A stretch of DNA of 64,000 nt from an uncultured Actinomycetota bacterium (lineage in GTDB: Bacteria; Actinomycetota; Actinomycetes; Mycobacteriales; Jatrophihabitantaceae), in assembly GCA_963709985.1 (NCBI GenBank), contig CAVPYQ010000009.1:857-64856 (forward strand), read 5' to 3'. The position numbers and the translations under genes are program-made. Below the pieces are notes generated by a model. That model had not been told where the DNA came from. It saw only the letters and a program-made list of their open reading frames with translations, and did no database searches. Below are positions 41,092 through 49,391 of the stretch, in pieces. Position 1 is the first letter of the stretch. Each line of letters begins with the position of its first letter.

Positions 41092-41612
41092 GACTGCGCC
41101 CCTTGTGCTGACTGCCAGGCGGCTCGCTCGCCGAGCGCGGCCTGCGCACGCATCGCTGCGATACCGCGGCTGATGAGGCTGCGGACCGTTGCCGTGCGGC
41201 AACCGATCGCCTTGGCGATCTCCGCGTCGGGCTGGTCGTGGAAGTACCGCATCACCAAGGCTGCCCGCTGGCGATCAGGCAACCGGCCCAGCAACTGCCA
41301 GAGCAGGCCACGATCGGTGACCCGATCGGCAAGGCTCGCCGTGTCGGGCATCTCGGGCAGCTCATGCAGCGACACGTCGCGCGCCGACGGGCTGCGCCGT
41401 GAACTGACGAACCGGTTCGCGACGCAGCGCCGGACGTAGGCCAACGGTGACTCAGCCGCCTGCACCCGGTCCCACCTCGGATACAGGCGGGCCAGGGTGT
41501 CTTGCAGCAGTTCTTCAGCCCGATCCGCGCTGCCCGTCAATAGATATGCCGTTCCGAACAGCGAGGCGCTGTTCGCGCGGACGAACGCAGCGAAGCCCGC
41601 GTCGTCAGCCAT
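41088..41612 (-). CDS. SigE-type ECF RNA polymerase sigma factor
   Basis: 174 aa. Region 2 (LFGTAYLLTGSADRAEELLQDTLARLY) and region 4 (LPDRQRAALVMRYFHDQPDAEIAKAIGCRTATVRSLISRG). Confidence 0.9.
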   Translation of the reverse strand: MADDAGFAAFVRANSASLFGTAYLLTGSADRAEELLQDTLARLYPRWDRVQAAESPLAYVRRCVANRFVSSRRSPSARDVSLHELPEMPDTASLADRVTDRGLLWQLLGRLPDRQRAALVMRYFHDQPDAEIAKAIGCRTATVRSLISRGIAAMRAQAALGERAAWQSAQGAQS

Positions 41613-41727
41613 GATCCGCTCCCATACGTACTAGACGCAGGAGTGGGCGGGATTGTGGCAGGCAAAATCGGCTCCAGCCGCGCCGCTCATACGACGACGG
41701 CATGGTCTGCACTTGATCGGGTGTCCG

Positions 41728-42870
41728 TCAGCGTGGGCTTATGGCGTGCATCGTGGCGCGTAGATCCTGGACGAACAGTTCCGGTTGCTCCCACGCGCCG
41801 AAGTGGCCGCCTCGTTCGGGCTCGCCCCAGTGCACGATGTTGGCGAACCGGCGGGCCGCCCAGCGGCGCGACGGTCGAGGCACCTCCTTGGGGAAGACGC
41901 TGCAACCGGTCGGCACGGTGATCTTGTCGGCGACGGCGGTGGTGAACCACTCGCTCACCTCGGCGATGCTCTCCCAGTACAGCCGGGTCGAGGACACGGC
42001 GGTGCCGGTGAACCAGTAGAGGCTCAGGTTGTCGAGCATCTGGTCGTGGCTGAGGCCAGTGGTGGTCGGGTCCGTCCACGTCCACAGCTTCTCGCCGATC
42101 CACGCCGCGAGCCCGGCCGGTGAGTCGGACAGGCCGTAGCCGAGAGTCTGTGGCCGGGTGCCGTGCATCGCCGAATATCCCGAGCCGGTGCGGGTGCGTT
42201 CGTCCAGGTCGGCCAGCGACGCGCGCTCGGCGGCGGTCAGGTCGGTCGCGTCCCGGTCGGGCGGCACCAGTGGCGGGACGAGGTGCAGGCCGATAAGCCG
42301 CTCCGGATGCTGCAGCGCGATGCTGGTGGAGATGCTCGTGCCCCAATCGCTGCCGGCCGCGAGGAAGCGTGGGTAATCCAACCTGGTCATCAGCTCGCAC
42401 CAGGCTCGGGCGATGCGGTGGATGTCCCAGCCGGTTGTGCTGGGTCGGCCGCTGAAGGCGTAGCCGGGCAGGGACGCGACCACGACGTGAAACGCCGTTT
42501 CGCCGCTCGGCGGATCAGCGAGCAACGCGGCGGCCTGCTCGAACTCCAGGAACGACCCGGGCCAGCCGTGGGTGAGCACGACCGGCACCGCGTCCGGACG
42601 CCGGGATCGCATATGCAAGAAGTGGATCGGCAGCCCGTCAATGACCGTCCGGTACTGGGGAATGTCGTTGAGCCGGCGCTCGGTCGCGCGCCAGTCGTAG
42701 GCCCCTCGCCAGTAGCGGCACAGGTCGGTGATCACATCCAGGGGCACCCCCTGCGACCAATCCGCGACGGTTTGCGGCTCGGGCCAACGTGTCCTCATCA
42801 GGCGTTGCCGCAGATCGTCTATCTGGGCCTGCGGGACATCGATCCGAAACGGTTCGATGCGGTCGAGCAT
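41728..42870 (-). CDS. Epoxide hydrolase (EHN N-terminal domain + alpha/beta fold), intact
   Basis: IEPFRIDVPQAQIDDLRQRL, HGWPGSFLEF, GSDWGTSIS, ERGGHFGAWEQPE. ATG 42870 has an AGGAG RBS. Confidence 0.9.
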   Translation of the reverse strand: MLDRIEPFRIDVPQAQIDDLRQRLMRTRWPEPQTVADWSQGVPLDVITDLCRYWRGAYDWRATERRLNDIPQYRTVIDGLPIHFLHMRSRRPDAVPVVLTHGWPGSFLEFEQAAALLADPPSGETAFHVVVASLPGYAFSGRPSTTGWDIHRIARAWCELMTRLDYPRFLAAGSDWGTSISTSIALQHPERLIGLHLVPPLVPPDRDATDLTAAERASLADLDERTRTGSGYSAMHGTRPQTLGYGLSDSPAGLAAWIGEKLWTWTDPTTTGLSHDQMLDNLSLYWFTGTAVSSTRLYWESIAEVSEWFTTAVADKITVPTGCSVFPKEVPRPSRRWAARRFANIVHWGEPERGGHFGAWEQPELFVQDLRATMHAISPR

Positions 42871-42892
42871 TTGCCGTTCTCCTGTCTGCTTC

Positions 42893-43516
42893 TCAGCGGG
42901 TCGATGCGAGCAATCCGTCGACGACGCGGCGCGCCTTGTCGACCGCAGCGGAATCCCCCAGGCGCAACGACGTGTTCGCCGCCGTGAGGACGGCGTCGAT
43001 CTGAAAGGCCGCGAGGTCGGCATCCTGCTCGGGGATCTCGGCGCTGCGCATCTCCTCGGCGAGCAGGCCGACCCAGTCCTGTCGTTGGCGCTGTAACGCA
43101 TCGCGAACGGGGCCGGGACGGCTGTCGAATTCGGGGAGGTTGGCGGCCCAGAAGCAGCCGCCGGGGAACAACGGCATTTCCACGTAGGCGATCCAGTGAT
43201 CGACCAGGGCGCGTACTCGCGGCGCGCCGTGCGGAGCTGACGACGCGGGCCGCACGACGGCGTCGATGAAGGCCTCCTGGGCGGCGGCTATTGCGGCGAG
43301 TTGCAGCGCTTCCTTCGTCCCGAACAACGTCTGGATACCGCTCTTGCTCAGTCCGATGTCGGTGGCCAGCCGGCCGAGGCTGAGCCGGTCGAGCCCTTCG
43401 ACCGACGCGACGTCGACGGCGTGGCGGGCGATCGCCTGTCTGCTCCGCGCGCCGCGCAGTCGACGCTGGTCGGTCGTCGCCTCGCCCGCTCCCGGATAAG
43501 TCGTTGCACTAACCAT
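42893..43516 (-). CDS. TetR-family transcriptional regulator
   Basis: HTH LSLGRLATDIGLSKSGIQTLF. Its stop is 22 nt upstream of the epoxide hydrolase start, so an operon is likely. Confidence 0.85.
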   Translation of the reverse strand: MVSATTYPGAGEATTDQRRLRGARSRQAIARHAVDVASVEGLDRLSLGRLATDIGLSKSGIQTLFGTKEALQLAAIAAAQEAFIDAVVRPASSAPHGAPRVRALVDHWIAYVEMPLFPGGCFWAANLPEFDSRPGPVRDALQRQRQDWVGLLAEEMRSAEIPEQDADLAAFQIDAVLTAANTSLRLGDSAAVDKARRVVDGLLASTR

Positions 43517-43534
43517 ACGAACGATCGTACGTTT
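43515..43534. promoter_or_regulatory. Imperfect 20-bp palindrome in the 24-nt TetR/SGNH divergent gap (candidate TetR operator)
   Basis: ATACGAA-CGATCG-TACGTTT. The core is perfect and the arms match at 5 of 7 positions. Confidence 0.3.
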
Positions 43535-43540
43535 AGTTTC

Positions 43541-44212
43541 GTGACTGCGACATACCTGACCGAGGAGACCGATCCGTTCTGCCTGTCGCCGTGGGATGCC
43601 GCGCAACTGCTGGCCAACGCCCCGTGGCGGCGATACGCCGTGATCGGTGACAGCCTCTCGGCGGGAACCGGAGACCCGAGCCCGGCTTACGCCAGCCTGG
43701 GCTGGTCCGACCGGGTCGCGGACGTCCTTCGTCGTGTGCATCCCGATCTCGCCTACCTGAACATCGCATCGGTCGGTGCGACGACCGCGCAGACCATCGC
43801 GGCACAGACGGACGGGATGACCGCGTTCGGTCCGGATCTGCTCCATCTGCCCTGTGGCGCGAATGATCTGTTCCAACGCGTGCCCGACTTCGCGGCGATC
43901 GAGCAGACGCTGCGCCGCCTGTTCGCGCTTGCCGCGAGTACCGGCGCACAACTGATGACCTTCACGCTCGGCAAAGCCTTCGTCATGCCGAGGTTTCCGG
44001 ATTGGCCGGACCGGGTGCGCGCCGTAAACGACGTGACTCGAAGACTGGCTGCTGAACACGACGCCGTGCTCGTCGACATGTGGGACCACCCGATCAACTC
44101 CCGGCCGAATCTGCTGAGCGCGGACCGCATTCACTTCTCTGCGTCCGGCCAGGCCGTGATGGCGGCCGAGGTGATCAAGGCACTGGCCCGCCGGCTGGAG
44201 GCCCGCACGTGA
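43541..44212 (+). CDS. SGNH/GDSL hydrolase
   Basis: GTG start. YAVIGDSLSAG (block I), CGANDL (block III), DRIHFS (block V). Confidence 0.85.
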   Translation: MTATYLTEETDPFCLSPWDAAQLLANAPWRRYAVIGDSLSAGTGDPSPAYASLGWSDRVADVLRRVHPDLAYLNIASVGATTAQTIAAQTDGMTAFGPDLLHLPCGANDLFQRVPDFAAIEQTLRRLFALAASTGAQLMTFTLGKAFVMPRFPDWPDRVRAVNDVTRRLAAEHDAVLVDMWDHPINSRPNLLSADRIHFSASGQAVMAAEVIKALARRLEART

Positions 44213-45398
44213 CGAGCGCCGTCGACGAGCGCATCGAGCCGTTTCGCCTGGCCGTCCCGCAACGCGAGCTCGACGACCTGCACGCCCGCCTCGACCTCAC
44301 CCGCTGGCCGGACGAGTTGCCCGGAGTGGGCTGGGCGTACGGCATCCCGCTGGCCTACCTGCAGGATCTCGCGGACTACTGGCGGCACCGCTACGACTGG
44401 CGCGCGGCCGAGGCCCGGCTCAACGAGTGGCCGCAGTTCACGACGACGATCGACGGCACGAACGTGCATTTCGCGCACGTGCGCTCGCCCGAGCCGGACG
44501 CCACGCCGTTGATCATCACGCACGGCTGGCCCGGTTCGGTCGTCGAGTTCGCCGAGATCGCCGGGCCGCTCAGCGATCCCCGGCGACACGGTGCCGACCC
44601 GGCCGACGCGTTTCACCTTGTGATACCGAGCATTCCGGGCTTCGGGCTCTCCGGACCGACCCGCGAGCCCGGCTGGGAGCCCGTCCGGATCGCCGCCGCG
44701 TGGGCCGAGTTGATGAGCCGCCTCGGCTACCACCGCTATGGCGCTCAGGGCGGCGACTGGGGCGCGGCCATCTCCCGCGAACTCGGTCGCATCCGCCCGG
44801 AGCCGGTGATCGGCGTGCACCTGAACCTGATCCCCGGCGCGGGCGCGAACTCCGAACCGGACGAGAAGGAACTGGCCGCGCTGACACCGGCCGAGCGCGA
44901 GCGCACTCTCGCGTCCTGGCAGCGCAGCCAGCTTTGGAACGGCGAGCAGGACGGCTACGCCGCGCTGCAGACCACGCGTCCGCAAACCCTCGCCTACGCG
45001 CTGACCGACTCGCCGATCGGGCAACTGGCCTGGATCGCCGAGAAGTTCGCGACGTGGACCGATTCCCGGGACCGCCCGGCGATGCCATCGACCGCGACCA
45101 ACTCCTGACCAACGTGATGCTGTACTGGCTCACCGGCACGGCCGGATCGTCGGCCCGCATCTACTACGAGCGCGCGCACGCCGACTACTGGGGCAAGCCG
45201 CCCGCGCCGTCGATCGCGCCGACTGCCCTGGCCGACTTCCCGCGGGACAACTTCATCCCGTTGCGCCACATCGCCGAGCGCTCCAACAACATCGTGCGGT
45301 GGACGTCGTTCGACCGCGGCGGTCACTTCGCCGCCATGGAACAACCCGACCTGCTCGTCGGCGATATCCGCGCGTTCTTCCGGCAACTGCGCGGATAG
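44209..45398 (+). pseudogene. Epoxide hydrolase paralogue, frame interrupted once (or sequencing indel)
   Basis: GTG 44209 overlaps the SGNH stop (GTGA). IEPFRLAVPQRELDDLHARL, HGWPGSVVEF, GGDWGAAIS. The frame changes at ~45067-45076 (..KFATWTDS | PPGDAIDRDQLLTNVMLYW..). It then continues to DRGGHFAAMEQPD. Confidence 0.85.
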
Positions 45399-45441
45399 GG
45401 CACGCGCGGGTACACGGCGGGCGGCGTTCGGCGTCGGCTCG

Positions 45442-46320
45442 CTACGTTTCGCTGAGCACGGCGGCCGCGATGCGGACGACGCGGTCGGGGTCGCGGATGC
45501 CGTCGATCTCGACGATCTTGCCGTTGACGACGGTGAAGGCCAGCACGGAGAACGGCCGCCCGTTGAGGGTGATCACCGTTCCGACCGTGCCGTTGACCAG
45601 CGCGGGATGCAGTTGGGCACCGCGTGGGGCGCGGGCCAGCTTGGTCACGGCCTGCACGCCGCGGAACACCGCCGGCGGCCGGTCGGCGCCGAAGTCGGCG
45701 CGCACGACGACGTCGGGGTCGAGGACCTGCACGAGGGCGTCGAAGTCGCCGGCCCGCGCCGCGGCGAAGAAGGCGTCGACCACCTGCCGCTGACGGGCCA
45801 GATCCGGATCAGGCGCCGGGATGTCGGCGCCGTTGACGCGGCGCCGCGCCCGGCTGGCCAACTGCCGCGCCGCGGTCGGAGTGCGGCCCACCAGGCCGGC
45901 GATCTCCGCGAAGGGCAGTTCGAACATGTCGTGCAGCACGAACGCCAATCGCTCGGCCGGGGTGAGGGAGTCGAGCACGACGAGCAGGGCCAGGCCCACC
46001 GAGTCGGCCAGCAACGCCTCCTGCTCCGGGTCGAGGTTCCCGTCCGGGATGACGACCGGGTCGGGCAGGTGCGCGGCGAAGGAGTCCTCGCGGCGGCGCC
46101 GGCGCGAACGCAGCGCGTGCAGGCACTCTCGGGCAACGACGGTGGTCAGCCATCCGCCGAGGTTGTCGATCTGTTCGGCCTCGGACCGGCTCAGTCGAAG
46201 CCAGGTGTCCTGGACGGCGTCGTCGGCCTCGGCCATCGAACCGAGCATCCGATAGGCCACCGCCCGCAGCCGGGGCCGGTGCTGCTCGAAACGCTCGGCC
46301 AGCCACTCGGTCTCGTCCAT
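45442..46320 (-). CDS. ECF sigma factor with C-terminal NTF2/SnoaL-like extension
   Basis: 292 aa. LRAVAYRMLGSMAEADDAVQDTWLRL, GWLTTVVARECL, LAFVLHDMFELPFAEIAGLVGRTPTAARQLASRARRRV, followed by a ~110-aa extension. Confidence 0.9.
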   Translation of the reverse strand: MDETEWLAERFEQHRPRLRAVAYRMLGSMAEADDAVQDTWLRLSRSEAEQIDNLGGWLTTVVARECLHALRSRRRRREDSFAAHLPDPVVIPDGNLDPEQEALLADSVGLALLVVLDSLTPAERLAFVLHDMFELPFAEIAGLVGRTPTAARQLASRARRRVNGADIPAPDPDLARQRQVVDAFFAAARAGDFDALVQVLDPDVVVRADFGADRPPAVFRGVQAVTKLARAPRGAQLHPALVNGTVGTVITLNGRPFSVLAFTVVNGKIVEIDGIRDPDRVVRIAAAVLSET

Positions 46321-46321
46321 C

Positions 46322-46348
46322 GGTCACACCATCCCATCGCCAAGGCTC
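46322..46348 (+). promoter_or_regulatory. ECF41-like promoter box pair facing the CMD-family gene
   Basis: GGTCACA (46322-46328), 16-nt spacer, GCTC (46345-46348). Confidence 0.35.
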
Positions 46349-46356
46349 ATAGAGGT

Positions 46357-46383
46357 GAGCCTTCCGACGCAACGAATGTGACA
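46357..46383 (-). promoter_or_regulatory. ECF41-like promoter box pair facing the sigma gene
   Basis: On the minus strand: TGTCACA (46383-46377), 16-nt spacer, GCTC (46360-46357). Both boxes in this gap are followed by AAGGCTCA. Confidence 0.35.
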
Positions 46384-46404
46384 CGGAGATTGGAGAACCA
46401 CGAC

Positions 46405-46990
46405 ATGCCATACCTTGCCCCGATCGATAAGCCGAAAGGCCTGATGCTGAAGCTGCTTTACCGGATCCTGGGCCGGCAGTTCGGCAAGGTGCCGGGCTGG
46501 CTGACCGTGTTCAGCGCCCGGATGCCGCTCGCGTTCACCAGCTGGATGGGAAAGGTCAACAAGCTCAACAAGAAGCTCGAGGTCTCGTCGGACACCGCGG
46601 CGCTGGTCCGCGCGCGCGTCGACAGCATCAACATGTGCACGTGGTGCATGGACGCCGGCCGGTGGGTACGCGCTCAACAAGTCGCCGCACAACATCCCGA
46701 AGCTCGACGCGATCCGCGAGTACCGGACGAGCCCGCTGTTCAGCGACAAGGAACGCGCAGCACTCGACTTCGCCTCCGAGCTGACCGAGCACAAGCACGT
46801 CAGTCCCGATACGTTCGAGGCGCTGTCGCGCCACTACTCAGAGCGCGAGATCTGCGAGATCAACTGGCTCGTCTCCACCAACCACCTCTTCAACATCAAC
46901 AACCTCGGGCTGGGTATCGGCTCGGACGGACTGTGCGAGATCAGCCGCCGACCCGAGCCCGCCTCGTCCCGGTCCCGATCGGGTAAGTAG
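46405..46990 (+). pseudogene. Carboxymuconolactone decarboxylase (AhpD-like) family protein, frame interrupted once (or sequencing indel)
   Basis: MPYLAPIDKPKGLMLKLLYRILGRQFGKVPGWL...CTWCMDAGRW, then a +1 shift at ~46663-46667. It continues as YALNKSPHNIPKLDAIREYRTSPLFSDKERAALDFASELTEHKHV...EREICEI. Confidence 0.8.
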
Positions 46991-47000
46991 TCACCCTCGC

Positions 47001-47064
47001 GCTGCTTCCCCGCTGAGATCACTCGATTCCCCGCCAAGATCTGGTGATCCCGGCGGGGAAGCGG
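47001..47064. repeat. Compound copy of the 26-nt dispersed repeat forming a 19-bp imperfect hairpin between convergent genes
   Basis: Left arm GCTTCCCCGCTGAGATCAC (47004-47022). Right arm GTGATCCCGGCGGGGAAGC (47044-47062), pairing at 17 of 19. A third partial copy (TTCCCCGCCAAGATC) sits in the loop. Confidence 0.8.
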
Positions 47065-47133
47065 TATGGCTCGGGCAGGCCGGCACGCACCCTCAACATC
47101 ACGGCGCCACGTCCACCTCGCGGATCACAACAG

Positions 47134-47742
47134 TCAGGCGGCGCGACCGGCCTTGAGTGCGGCGGCGGTGTCGACGGCGCGCCGGGCCTGGTAACGGGCC
47201 GCTTCCAGGGCCACGTCGCCGGGTGCGCCATCGCCGGCCACGTGCGAGGTGCCATAGGGATTGCCTGACTTGAATTGGACGGGGTCGGTGTAGCCGGGAG
47301 GAACGATGATGCCGCCCCAGTGGTAGAACGTGTTCCCCAGCGCCAGCAGGGTGGATTCCTGTCCGCCGTGGGCGGTGCTGGAGGCGGTGAACGCCGAGTA
47401 CACCTTGTCGGCGAGCTTGCCCTGGTACCACAGGGCTCCGGTGGTTTCGATGAACGCCCGGAGCTGGCTGGTGGGGTTGCCGAAGCGGGTCGGAGTACCG
47501 AACAGCACCACGTCGGCCCAGGCCAGGTCGTCGAGGCTGGCCTCGGCGACGTCGGCGGTGTCCTGGACGTGCTGGGCCCACTCCGGCCGAGAGTTGATCA
47601 CCTCTTGCGGGGCCGTTTCGGCGACCTTGCGCAGTCGCACGTTTGCGCCGGCCTTTTCCGCGCCCTCGGCGACGGCTTGGGCCAAGGCATGCACGGTGCC
47701 GGTCGAGCTGTAGTAAATGATCGCTGCGTTCACGGGTTCCAT
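47134..47742 (-). CDS. wrbA: NAD(P)H:quinone oxidoreductase, WrbA type (flavodoxin-like)
   Basis: IIYYSSTGTVHALAQAVAEGA, FGTPTRFGNPTSQL, STAHGGQESTLL, IIVPPGYTD. Confidence 0.9.
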   Translation of the reverse strand: MEPVNAAIIYYSSTGTVHALAQAVAEGAEKAGANVRLRKVAETAPQEVINSRPEWAQHVQDTADVAEASLDDLAWADVVLFGTPTRFGNPTSQLRAFIETTGALWYQGKLADKVYSAFTASSTAHGGQESTLLALGNTFYHWGGIIVPPGYTDPVQFKSGNPYGTSHVAGDGAPGDVALEAARYQARRAVDTAAALKAGRAA

Positions 47743-47813
47743 GATTGGTTCTTCCCTTTCGTGGTTTCTATTTGGTGGCGCCTGTTCGCTGGATGTGCTC
47801 GTCTGATTGGTAC

Positions 47814-47840
47814 GACGACGCAGCCGCTACGAATGTGAGG
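47814..47840 (-). promoter_or_regulatory. ECF41-type promoter candidate for wrbA
   Basis: On the minus strand: CCTCACA (47840-47834), 16-nt spacer, CGTC (47817-47814). This is about 72 nt upstream of the wrbA ATG. Confidence 0.5.
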
Positions 47841-47851
47841 CGACGCGCCAA

Positions 47852-47878
47852 GCTCACACTTAGGTGCGTTGTTTCGTC
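47852..47878 (+). promoter_or_regulatory. ECF41-type promoter candidate for the sigJ-like gene (autoregulation)
   Basis: GCTCACA (47852-47858), 16-nt spacer, CGTC (47875-47878). This is 43 nt upstream of GTG 47921. Confidence 0.5.
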
Positions 47879-47920
47879 GTACCGGTAAGGGCAGATGCGA
47901 CCGAGGGGGTCGGCAATACC

Positions 47921-48857
47921 GTGAGCACCCGATCCGAGTCAGAAGACGGCCGGTTCGATCCCGGCCTGAGCGCGGTCATGAGTGAGCGGCGCCAGCTGAT
48001 CAATCTCGCGTACCGACTGCTGGGCTCGCTGGCCGAGGCTGAGGATGTCGTACAGGAGACGTACGCCCGCTGGTACGCGATGTCCCGGCCGCAGCAGGAG
48101 GCCATCGAAACGCCGGGCGCCTGGCTGACGACGGTTGCCAGTCGCATCTGCCTGGACCTGCTCGGCTCGGCGCGGGCCCGGCGCGAGCGCTATGTGGGCG
48201 AATGGATCCCCGAACCGCTGCCCGACCGCACGGAGTGGATCAGCGCGCGGTCCGGTGCCAGCACCGTCGACCCGGCCGACCGGGTCACCCTCGACGAGTC
48301 GGTCAACATGGCCTTCCTCGTCGTGCTCGAATCGATGACCCCGGCCGAGCGCGTCGCGTTCGTCCTGCACGATGTCTTCCGGCTACTCCTTCGCCGAGGT
48401 GGCCGAGATCGTCGGCCGCACGCCAGCGGCCTGTCGCCAACTCGCGTCGTCGGCCCGCCGCCGCATTGACGCGTCGCAGGCTCCCGCCAGTCCGACCGCC
48501 CAGCAGGCCGGCATCGTCAGGGATTTCAAGCAGGCGTGGGAGGCCAAGGACATCGACGCCCTGATCGGCCTGCTCGACCCCGAGGCCACGGCGACGGGCG
48601 ACGGCGGCGGCCTCGTCACCGCCGAGCCCCGGCCGGTCGAAGGCGGCGAGCAGGTCGCGCGCTTCTACGTCGATGTCGCCGACCGGGCATTCAGCCTGAC
48701 GATCCTGGAGCGCACGGTCAACGGCCAGCCCGGCCTGGTCGCTCAGCAGGACGGCGTCACCGTAATGGTGACGGCGTTCGACATCGTCGGCGACCGGATC
48801 AAGCACATCTGGGCCGTACTGAACCCCGAGAAGCTCCGGCCTTGGACGACGGGCTGA
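47921..48857 (+). pseudogene. sigJ: ECF41 (SigJ-like) sigma factor with fused C-terminal regulatory domain, frame interrupted once (or sequencing indel)
   Basis: LINLAYRLLGSLAEAEDVVQETYARW, AWLTTVASRICLDLL, RRERYVGEWIPEPL, VAFVLHDVF | GYSFAEVAEIVGRTPAACRQLASSARRRI (shift at ~48376-48380). C-terminal ECF41 hallmarks GDGGG and NPEKL are present. The GTG 47921 start is chosen because 47864 would lie upstream of the predicted promoter. Confidence 0.85.
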
Positions 48858-48981
48858 CGCACCTGCCATCGGCTCAGCCTCAGGAGCCGATGCCTGAATT
48901 CGATGCCTAAGGCAACTGTATGCTAAACACCGGCATCTCACCGGCCGCAAACCCCGGCGCCGAGACCGCATTGTCATGGAC

Positions 48982-49344
48982 TCACGGTCGCTGACGGGCG
49001 AAGACCAAGGTCGTGCGCCGGGCGCCGTTCGGGGCCAGCTCGGTACGCGTGTCGACCGGCTCGAACTGGCATTTCTCGGCCACCTTGAGCGAGGCAACGT
49101 TAGCCTCGTTGATCTCGAGTAGGAGCCTGGTCAGTCCGATGTCGCGCAAGGCCCAGCTCGTGACCAGTCGCAAGGCCCGCGAAGCAACGCCCTGGCCGCG
49201 GCTGTCGGTGAACACGCGGTAGGCGAGAGTTGCGACGTCGTCATCGCGAAACTGCAGGTTGATCAACCCGACGGCGTTGTCGGTCGCCGCGTCGGCGATC
49301 ACGAGTGGCGCCGCTGTTCCGCTTCGCCACATCTCCTCGATCAC
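48982..49344 (-). CDS. GNAT N-acetyltransferase (RimJ/RimL-like), apparently N-terminally truncated
   Basis: VGLINLQFRDDDVATLAYRVFTDSRGQGVASRALRLVTSWAL...LLLEINEANVASLKVAEKCQF. Upstream sequence in this frame overlaps the 3' end of the serine hydrolase gene. First plausible starts are GTG 49344 and ATG 49332. Confidence 0.6.
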   Translation of the reverse strand: MIEEMWRSGTAAPLVIADAATDNAVGLINLQFRDDDVATLAYRVFTDSRGQGVASRALRLVTSWALRDIGLTRLLLEINEANVASLKVAEKCQFEPVDTRTELAPNGARRTTLVFARQRP

Positions 49345-49391
49345 GCTGACCGGACGAGGGAATCGCGCGTGCCGTGCGCGACGGGACCGGC

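Noticed and set aside
15428-47064. The 26-nt repeats as ends of a mobile element or a large duplication
   Set aside because: No transposase or integrase lies between or next to them. No target-site duplications are visible, and the flanking sequences are unrelated. REP-like or terminator-like elements fit better.
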